Assembly (NCBI GenBank): GCA_963920595.1
Contig: OY986946.1
Location: 3,286,001-3,350,000 of the forward strand
DNA: 64,000 nucleotides
From: Eimeria praecox
Taxonomy: Eukaryota
Direction of reading: 5' to 3'
Shown here: piece after piece, positions 45,706-64,000 of the stretch
Layout: each line of letters starts with the position of its first letter
Position numbering within the stretch: position 1 is the stretch's first letter
Translations under genes and position numbers: made by a program
The notes under the pieces: model-generated
Seen by the model: the letters and a program-made list of their open reading frames with translations, nothing else
Told to the model about the DNA's origin: nothing
The model's database searches: none

Positions 45706-46227
45706 AGCCCAGCCACAACAGTATTGGATTTATGTGTATACTAAGGGCTGAAGTTGAATGGAAAGAAGGAGAAAATATTGTTAAATAAAGTAATTCTTCT
45801 TATTTAAATACTTTTCTTATGCTACATAAGAAAACAAACTCTGAAAAATCAAACAATAAATAGCCATAGATAGATGCTGCATCAATAGTTAATGCATGTG
45901 TTATCTGTAAGATATTTATTTAATACGTACGCATTCTGTTAGCCTCCCACTTCCACTGACGTTAAAGTTTAAACTAAATTCTCGGGTGTATGAACAGGTC
46001 GTTGGATTCCTTTATTACGATTTCGCTCTCCCACACTAATACACAGATCGCCTCTTCAGAGGTCTTTGACGGTTTCTTTTGATTCATAAGAACGAAAGCA
46101 AATTGACATCTCAGAGGATATAATCGAAAAGGAAAGAATAAAAACAAAAGAGAATGAGCTAAACTGCTTATTTCATGAAGTTATACAGGCAGGTTTCTGC
46201 TGTCACAGCTGTATTCTGTTGAAGAAG

Positions 46228-48791
46228 ATGGAGTGGCTCCGGCGCTCTTGCCGGTGTTTGTTTGCTACTTCTTACCCTAAAGGTTCTTTTCATGAAGGAA
46301 AAATCGATCCTTTCGCAGATGTACAGTGGTAAGCAGAAAAAAAAGAGAGTTTCAAACAAGAAGAAGCTACCGACTGCCCCAAGTCGGTGATGTTTTGAGG
46401 TGTACATACACCTCAGGGTTTTCGCTTCTCGGTGGCGATGCAGATTCACGTTCTTGTTCTTTTTTTTTCAGGATTGCGAGGCCGTTTATGAAGCGAAATA
46501 TGCCTAAAGATCATATTCTTGCAAAACCTCATCGAAGTTTGAAAGCAGTAACAGTTTTAGATGAAGAAACCCGCAATCATTGGCACATTCTAGACGCCAA
46601 GGGGAAGGTGCGTGAGTGTGTATGTGTGTGTATTTGTATGTGTGTTTTATGTTTTTTTTGATTGATCTTGATTTGTTTTTAACCTATAATCCATTATATT
46701 TCGGGTTTATATTACTTTTTCCATCCGAATTCTGCCTATTCATCGTTTTTTTCGATTTTTTTATTTTTCGTGTTTCAGAGTGTTGGCGGCTTGGCAGCAC
46801 AGATCTGTCGACTTCTTCAAGGGAAACACCGAGTGGATTATTCGCCTTTGAAAGTTTCAGGGGATTCTGTGGTAGTAGTAAATGCAATTCATGTCAGATT
46901 CTCGGGACATACGTGGGATACGAAGATATACAGATTCCCGCGAAAGAGTGCGTGAGATATTTCTCCTTCTTCTTTCTTTGCTGACTTCGAATTGTTGCTC
47001 TCTCTGGTGTATGCACACCCAAACACCTGACGCAGCTAAGGCTGCTCTTGCTGCTGTTGCGATTCTGCTGCAGCACATCCAAGGGGCCCGAAGGTGTTGA
47101 CGGCGAAGACGATTATGGCTCGTAATCCTTCGATGATTGTGCGTTGTTGCTGCAGCTGCTGCTCTTCTTGCTGCTGCTGCTGCTGCTCTTCTTGCTGCTG
47201 CTGCTGCTGCTCTTCTTGCTGCTGCTGTTGCTGCTGCTGCTTCTGTTCTTGTTGTTCTTCTTGCTGTTGTATAAGTTGTTTCTGTTTTGTATTTATTCTG
47301 TTTCTTCCCTCTCCGTATACACCTCAGTGCATCCAAGCAAAGTTTAATTGATTTAAATGCCTGCTGCTGTGTATTTAACAACTTGTTTCTGTCGCTGTAT
47401 GCTGCGTTGTCTGTCTCTTCTTTGTTCTGTCTTTCCACCTCTCGCCTCCTGCTCTCTGTCTCTTCTTCTTAATATTATTATTATACTGTCTTGCTTATAT
47501 TATTATCTGTCTTCTTAATATTATTATATGTCTTCTTCTTAATATTATTATCTGTCGCCTTCTTAATATTATTATCTGTCTTCTTCTTAGTATTATTATC
47601 TGTCTCCTCCTTTATTTGTTCTGTCTTTCACATCCTTATTTTCTGTCTGTGTTTTTATTTATGTTTTTTTTGTCTTTCTTTCGCCTATCTCATCGTAAAA
47701 CATGTCTATCTCTTTCTTCTTAATATTATCTATCTCATCTATCTTTTCTATCTATTCTATCTATTTCTTCTATCTTTTCTTCTTTTTTTTCTTCTTTTTA
47801 TTTATTTTTCTTAACAGCTAAACTTAGCAGTAAAACGAATGTTGCCTAACAATCGCCTTCGCCAGCTTTTCTATCGGTGAGAAGACAGAAAAATCAAACT
47901 ATCAACTATCAATTATTTCTTTCTTCTATTTATTTATTTGCTTGTTTTGTTTGTTTTTTCTTGTTTTATTATGAGGGTTTGTTGTTTATGTGTTTATGTG
48001 TTTATTTATTTATTTATTCTTTCTTATTGTTGTTATTTAGAGTTTATCTGTTTCCTTGTTTCTCCCTCTTTTTTATTCTTTTTGTTTTTTACTGTTTTTG
48101 CTGCTCGATTAAATTTGTTGTTTTTCGCTTTTTCTTTATTTTTTTGTTTGTTCTTTTTATTTCTTGTTTTTGTTTTTTGTTTGTTTCTTGTTTTTTGTTT
48201 GTTTATTCTTTTTGTTCTCTTTGTTTGTTGTTTTCATTTTTATTGAATGTGCTTCGTATTATTATTATATTTGCTGCAGTTGAGGTGTACGTACACCTGA
48301 ATTGTGTCCAATGCAATTTTAATTTTATTTTTCTCGGGTGTATCGACACCTCCTCCTCTACCTTCATGAATCTGGTCTTCGTATATTTTTTTTTCTTTTC
48401 TTTTTTTTTCTTTTTGCTTATTTTCTTTCTTTTTTTCTTATTTTTTTTGTTTCTCTTTTCGTTTCGTTTCTCCTTCCTCCTTCCATTTTCTTTTCTTTTC
48501 TTTTTTTTCTTTTCTTTTTTGTTTATAACTTAACAACTTATTTTATTTCTTCAACGTGTGTGTGTGTGTGTGTGTGTTGTTCATAGTAAATTGTTTGTAT
48601 ACCCGGGAGCGCTTCACCCTCACTGGAATTTGCCTCAGGTGATAGTCAGAGCTCTGCCTCCTCCTGAAGTGTCTGTCTCTCCTTTTTCTGTAAAACTGGC
48701 AGCGGCAGATATTGCAGCAGCAAGAATTAAAGCATTACATGAACTGCAGGAGGCTGTAAGGATGGAGGCAGAAGCAGCCGCCAATTTCTGA
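46228..48791 (+). CDS. MRPL13: ribosomal protein uL13, probably mitochondrial, 6 exons
   Basis: Exons 46228-46328, 46472-46607, 46779-46947, 47074-47138, 47818-47876, 48587-48791 join in frame. Motifs [63 protein letters not shown]. Arg-rich N-terminus [12 protein letters not shown] suggests a mitochondrial presequence. Confidence 0.92.
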
Positions 48792-48826
48792 GCTGTACAT
48801 ACACCTCAGAGGAGGGGAAGGGAGCG

Positions 48827-48893
<67 letters not shown>

Positions 48894-49141
48894 TAGATAG
48901 ATAGATAGATAGATAGATTTAGATATAGATATAGATATATAGATTGCTGCTATAGAAACACACGCATATACATTCAGACGATAGTGTCGTCTGTATGGAG
49001 TTAATGATGCTGAGTGTTGTTTGTTTATATTCTTTCTTCTCTTTATTTATTTGAGTTTGTCTTCGCCTTTTTATTATATTCTCATGTACACATAAAACCT
49101 TAAAAACCTGCTGCGGTTGTTGCTGCTTCCTGCTGCAGCAG

Positions 49142-49173
<32 letters not shown>

Positions 49174-49499
49174 GCAGCAGTGCTGCTGTCAGCAGCGAGA
49201 GACAGGAAGATTTTGTGTTTGTGTGTTAGAGTGAATAGAGATTAATTTATCTTCTTTTTATTTCTTCTAATGTTTATAATTTGCGTCAAAGATAAACAAC
49301 TTCTGTTTATTATTATTAAATAAATAATAATAATAGTAAATAATAAATAATAAATAATAAATAATAAATAATAAATAATAATAATAATTAATAATAATAT
49401 TTAACAATAATTAATCATAACAGTAACAGTAGCAATAACTACCCAACCACAGAGCAGCAGCAGCAGCAACAGCAGCAGCAACAGCAGCAGCAACAGCAG

Positions 49500-49540
<41 letters not shown>

Positions 49541-49785
49541 ACAGCAGCAGCAGCAACAGCCATCTTGCAGCCTGTGTCATTTTTCATGAGCTGATGCAGA
49601 AGGAGACAGAGAAAGAAAGTTGTAGAAACAGAAAAAACAAAAACAATAAAACAGCAAATATACAAAAATAATTATATATTTAATTAAAATAATAATTAAA
49701 TAAATAAATTGTAAAATAACAATCGATGATTAGTTTGTATTACTCCACTAAATCTTAGCGCTCAGTCAATATCTATATAAAAGCA

Positions 49786-49868
49786 AAACCCTAAACCCTA
49801 AACCTCAAACCCTAAACCCTAAACCTCAAACCCTAAACCCTAAACCTCAAACCCTAAACCCTAACCCT
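49786..49868 (+). repeat. interstitial telomere-like array with a 21-bp higher-order unit (AAACCCT AAACCCT AAACCTC)
   Basis: Read directly; a second short AAACCCT run follows at 50036-50068. Confidence 0.9.
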
Positions 49869-50927
49869 GTATTTCTGCATGCACGAAGTCTTTTGCTTTG
49901 TTTTTTTTTCTTCTTTCTTTCGTTTTTGTATTTGTTTTATTATTATTATATCTACTTCTCGTTGTTTAATAACAAAAACAGAAACAGAAACAATAAGATA
50001 AAAGTAGACAGAACGAAGCATTCTAACTAACAGAGAAACCCTAAACCCTAAACCCTAAACCCTAAACCTTCGAAGTTTTTTTTTTCTTTTGTTGTTTTGT
50101 GCTGAGGGTTTATATTTGCTGCTCTCTTTCTCTTTATCTTTCCTCTATCTCTATCTATCTATTAACTTGCAATATCTGTCTATGGCTTTATTTGAGGCAG
50201 ATTATTCTGTTTTATTATTTTATTATTAAATTTATTTATCTCAAAGTCGAAACAAAACCAAACAGCCAACTTTAAAGAGCTGCCTATACACCCCAGCTGC
50301 ACGAGCCGGACCAGACCTGCCGACACACCTCAACGGGAGAATGGAGCGATGGAAAAAAAGAAAAGTGTGTTATATTATATCTTTTAAGTATTTTAAATTA
50401 AAATTATTTTATATTTATTTAGATTTCAAGGAAAAGAAGAAAAAAATAAACTGTTTCTTGTTGCTCTTGTGCTAAGCCCACCGCCCGATTGAGTGTGTAC
50501 GTACACCCGAAGGAAGCTACATGAAAGCAGGCAGTCTTCTGCTATTCAAGTATAGATTTTACTTTTTATTTTAAAAGAGTACAAATAAATTGTATTTTTA
50601 AATGTACAATAAAAAAGAAGATTCAACAGATTCATTGAGGGCTTCGCTCTTTCACGGCGGCCTTCGTACAGCAGGAGGAGTTGTATTGAGAGTATCTACT
50701 GTTTTTGTTCTCTTCTTCTAATTGAAAGAGATATATTTATGTTAATTAAATATTCAATTTTACATATTATGAATGAAATTGTCGTTGAAAAAGATATAAA
50801 AAAAGCATCGGAAGAGTAGGAGGTGCCTATACACCGCAGCATTCTTCTGTTGGATGGAGTCGACGACTTCATTGTTTCTTTTTTTTTGTTTTTTTTAATT
50901 TTTCTGTATTTTTTAAATGTATTAACA

Positions 50928-51281
50928 ATGCGAGTTGTATATTATAGAGATATATTGTCTCTTCGATTATTTTTCTGTGTATTTTTTATATTTTTAATGT
51001 TTGTATATGTTGATGCGAGCATAGGCGATTCTTCTGATTTGACAGCAAAGAAAACAAAAGATGAAGATGTTTCTGTATCTTTTTCTGGGGGATTATTCGA
51101 ATATCGTAAATTGGGGGCAGATTTAGTTTTTCTTTATCGTACATACACCGCAATGAATGAGGCCATAGGACATCTACTAAGAGATTATAATGTTGCTATT
51201 GCACAGGAGCAGCGTTTAGAGTTAGTAGGAATACTACAGCGAAGACACAAGGCGGCTGCTGCAGCCCTACAACAACAGCAA

Positions 51282-51318
<37 letters not shown>

Positions 51319-51743
51319 TGAGGGGCGGGAGGGGAATATCAAGTAAATCTTTGTTGTATGGAGAGATAGTAAGTTTAAAAGAATTAAAACATCAAATGAA
51401 GAAGATAGAAAAACAAATAAACAATATACCCGACTATAAATTAAGAGAAGAAAACGCTGCTCTTCTACGTTTAAATATAACTCCTTCGGGTGTATCTACA
51501 GCTCTCTCTCGTCCTTCTTCTTCTTTATTTTTTCAATCGCTTTCAAATTATAAAACAAATTTAGATATATTTAAAAATAAATTAAATTCTCTCTCTTCTC
51601 TTTTAAAATTAATTAAATATTCTTCTTCATCTTCTTCTTCTGCTTCTTCTTATCTATCGTTTATACGTAAAACATCGCAGTTAGATAATTATTTTGATAT
51701 TGATGCTCCTAACTTTATAAAACAAACAACAACGAAGATATAA
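50928..51743 (+). CDS. hypothetical protein with N-terminal hydrophobic segment (signal peptide/anchor)
   Basis: First ATG of the 306-codon ORF gives MRVVYYRDILSLRLFFCVFFIFLMFVYVDA followed by complex, protein-like sequence with one poly-Q tract. No family recognised; splicing not excluded. Confidence 0.6.
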
Positions 51744-52204
51744 ATAATAATTATAAATATTAAATTATAATAATAAATATTTAAAAATAATTTTATTTAT
51801 AAATAATATTAATACATTATTCTATTCATTAATTTTTAGTATTATTATTTAATATTTATTATTATTATTGACATCTTCGTTTTACAAAATAACAAATAAA
51901 TAAATAAATAAATAAATAAAATAAATAAAATAAATAAATAAGCTGTTCTTTCTTTAATTCTGTAAAAGAAACATAAGGAGGCTTCAGGTGTACATACAGC
52001 TGAAGCTGTTATATATTCAAACAGAATAAAGATAGAAGAATATACTAAACAATATTATAATATACTATATTATAATATACTATATTATAATAAACTATAT
52101 TATAATATACTATCTACTATATTATACTAAGCAGTATAATACACTATTATATTGTATTTAATTAACGTTATTTATTTATATATTTATATAATTAAATTAA
52201 TTTT

Positions 52205-60368
<8,164 letters not shown>

Positions 60369-61555
60369 TTTCTCTTTAAATAAATAATAAATTTAAATAA
60401 ATTTAGATAAATTAATATTTATTTTGTTTTAAAAAAGAAAAATATATAAAAAAAACCACAAAAACAAAATGTTTATACAGCCCCTATAGCATAGCTTTCT
60501 TGATGGCGTTCAGCTTTCCTAAACCCCCGAAAAAAAGCGAGAAATAAATTTATTTTCTTTATTTTATTTTATTTATTTCTTTTAAAAAAACATTTGAAGA
60601 AAATTATATTAAAATTTGTAGTTGTTTAACGAGCGGCAGCACGGAGACGCAGCGGTGATATCGGCGGTTTCAAAACAAATAAAAAAACAAGAAAATTCAA
60701 CTTGACGGTAATTAATTAGAGTATTTTTCATTGTTTAATTTAATTTAATTATTTATTTTCAAACAAAATAAAACAAAAACAGAAAGAAAATTCTGTCGTC
60801 TACCCACAGAAGGCCGTGTGCTCTCTAGCCACAGTCTTCCGTGCTCACGGGGGAGAGCAAGTTATCTTCTACCGAAAATATATCGAAAAAAACAGAAAAA
60901 AATATATTTTTATATTTAAAATGTTAAAAAAAACAATTATTTCATGTATTTCATTGTTTAAAATAGAAATTATCTCTGAACTGTAGAGAGAAAGGTAGTA
61001 TATGAAGCCGTGCACGATCTTCATGCGCGAGCTGCGGTGTATGCTGAGTTTGAATTTAATTATTTTTCTGTTTTTTAATTATAAATTAATTAATTTAAAT
61101 ATATTTATTTATATTTAAAAATAATTTAATGAGGAAAACAGAACAAAAGTGCTCTAACATCGATGTAGAATCTGAATCTGAATTTGAATTTGAATTACCG
61201 TTGTGTGTTAGATGCAATGACAACATAAACTGCGGTTATTTTCATTTATTTTTCTGGGAATTTTGATTATATTGTATTAAATTTAAATAATAAATCGTTT
61301 AAACATATTTTAAAGCAGAAAAAACCAACAAATATACATCAATTGCTGCCTTTCTTCTTTTTTTTGGGGGCGGGGGGGGGGGGGAGGGAGGCTGCAGATG
61401 GTTGTGTGTGATGAAATCGTGTGTTTATTTTATTCTTACGAGTGTTAAATACAACAAATTTTTTATTTTTTTTTAGAAATGTTTAAATATAATAATAATT
61501 TGAGTCAATTTCATCGAAAAAATATTATTTTATCTTCATTATTCTGTCGAGAAGG

Positions 61556-61696
61556 ATGCATAAATATACTACAGAATGTACAATCTGTTTTCAAAAAATA
61601 AAAGAAACAGAAAAATTTGATTTATTTTGTTTTCATAATTTTCATAAACGTTGGTACGTTTTCCTTATCTATTTTGTTTTATTATTTTATTTTCAG

Positions 61697-61782
<86 letters not shown>

Positions 61783-61787
61783 TACAT

Positions 61788-61862
<75 letters not shown>

Positions 61863-61909
61863 ATATATATATATGACCTACAAGAGAACAGTTTAGGTGT
61901 CTATACACC

Positions 61910-61987
<78 letters not shown>

Positions 61988-62542
61988 CCTCGTTTTCCTT
62001 CAAATTTTGTTTTTATTTTCTTTCAGTTTATCTCGATGGCTTAACGCTGGAAAGACTGTCGAATCGCTTTGTGTAGTATGTCGAGGCCCCGAAGAAGAAG
62101 ATATATCAAATTTTTTTACAATATCGGATGCTGCTACGAAAGCAGGTGAAGTTATAGAATGAATATATATATATATATGTTTCTTTAAAATATATATTTA
62201 TATTATTTCAATATAATGTAGTTCTTTTGAAATACAAACATATGTTAAAAATAGAAAAAATAATAATAAATTTATATTCGTTTTCGATGCTGTTGCCTCC
62301 TTCAGCTCTACCCTACGTTTGGCCTCGGGCTACAAACGCCTTTCAGGTTAGTTTTATTACAATTATAAATTAATAAAAACAATAATATAATTATAATTAT
62401 AATTATAAATATAATGATAATAATTATTATTATTATCATTGTTTAAATTGTTGTGTTTAACGTTAAAAACAAGAAACTACTCATATACACATCCTCTCAT
62501 TTGCACTGTCTTGACAGTTCTTCTCAGATATACATACTTCAA

Positions 62543-62603
<61 letters not shown>

Positions 62604-63792
62604 GTTGTATACATACATGCACAGATGTGTATGTGTATAGAAATAATAATATATAAACATATTTAAATATATAAATATAAAAAGAAGAAAAGAAAGAAAA
62701 AACAAAGAAATATCTAACATCATTTTCATTGTATCTTCTATAACAAATCATGAGGAAACATATATCTTCTAGTTTTGTTTTTATTTATATTTTGTTTTGA
62801 TTTATTTGTTTTCTGTTGTTATTTATATTTTGTTTTTATTTATTTGTTTTCTGTTTTTATTTATCTTTTGTTTTTATTTGTTTGTTTTTTGTTTTTATTA
62901 TTTTGTATTTTTGTTTATTATTTTTATATATTTTTAATTATTTTTTTATTTTTATTATTTTTATATTTTTGTATATTTTTGTTTATTATTTTATATTTTA
63001 TTTATTATTTTATATTTTATTTATTATTTTTATATTTTATTTATTATTTTTATATTTTTGTTTATTATGCTCTTAGAGTTGTGTTCCGGGGCACATCTTG
63101 TTTAAATCTGAGCTTCCTGAAGTTGATGAAGAAGTAAAACAAATTAGACAGAGATGGATAGATGTAAGAAATCATTTATTATTTATTTATTTATTTATTT
63201 ATTTATTATTTATTATTTATTTAATTTATTTATTATTTTATTTATTTATTTATTTATTTAATTTACTTATTTTAATTATTTATTTATTTATTTATTTAAT
63301 TTGTTTATTTAATTTATTTATTTATATGTTTTGCCTAGCGTATTTGTCTATTTAATTAATTTATTGATTTATTTGCTTTATTTATTTATTTATTTATTTT
63401 GTTTATTTTATTTTGTTTATTTAATTTATTTTAATTAATTAATTAACTAATTAATTAATTAATTAATTAATTTTTCGTATTCTGCTTCTTCTACAATTCA
63501 AATTAGAAGAAAATAAACTTCACAGCATCAATAAACAGAAATATCATACACAGACACACTAACAGCTGCTGCTGCTGCTGCTGCAGCAGCAGCAGTGGCA
63601 GCAACAGCAGCAGCAACAGCAGCAGCAGCAGCAGCAGGATATGTGGCTAGTTCATTTATATCTTTGAATGTTGTGCAGGAGAGGCTGCCGGTAATAGAGA
63701 AGAAGTTAGAAATTATTAAAAAATTTCTTGAGAATGAAGAGAAGAAAACAGAAGAAGAAAGTAATGGAGCTGTCTATACACCCCAGCAGTAA
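61556..63792 (+). CDS. RING-H2 zinc-finger protein (putative E3 ubiquitin ligase)
   Basis: Splicing 61653 to 62027 gives CTIC-x14[10 protein letters not shown]14-CVVC, the C3H2C3 spacing. Further exons near 62306-62346, 63078-63163 and ~63560-63792. The true start (possible upstream exon at 61129) and last acceptor are unresolved. Confidence 0.75.
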
Positions 63793-64000
63793 GTGGCTGT
63801 GGGGTTATGTGTGTGTTGTATAGACGTAATAATAAATAATAAATAATAAATAATAAATAATAAATAATAAATAATAAATAATAAATAATAAATAATAAAT
63901 AATAAATAATAAATAATAAATAATAAATAATAAATAATAAATAATAAATAATAAATAATAAATAATAAATAATAAATAATAAATAATAAATAATAAATAA

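Overview
Eukaryotic, intron-rich apicomplexan DNA, almost certainly a coccidian of the genus Eimeria: pervasive CAG/CTG triplet tracts, interstitial AAACCCT telomere-like arrays and TGCATGCA octamers. The first ~8.2 kb is repeat-poor; the rest is saturated with microsatellites. About 12 protein-coding genes can be reconstructed by hand from GT-AG splice sites: CDC50/LEM3, an MLO-like membrane protein with C-terminal EF-hands, PPCS, an RPAP3-like TPR protein, PTPA, a ~3,080-aa low-complexity coiled-coil protein with an ASH/MSP-like N-terminus, a double-length aquaporin with four NPA motifs, proteasome ATPase Rpt2, mitochondrial uL13, two hypothetical proteins and a RING-H2 protein. The most notable unexplained signals are (i) a 14-bp degenerate palindrome GSTGYMYRKRCASC found at least 24 times in exons, introns, UTRs and intergenic DNA, (ii) the MLO/EF-hand fusion, (iii) the tandem-fused aquaporin lacking the ar/R arginine, (iv) an intronic duplicate of the Rpt2 Walker-B exon end with its donor site and (v) a dispersed ~190-260 bp (TA)n-embedded element present twice. 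Exon coordinates are manual predictions without transcript data.
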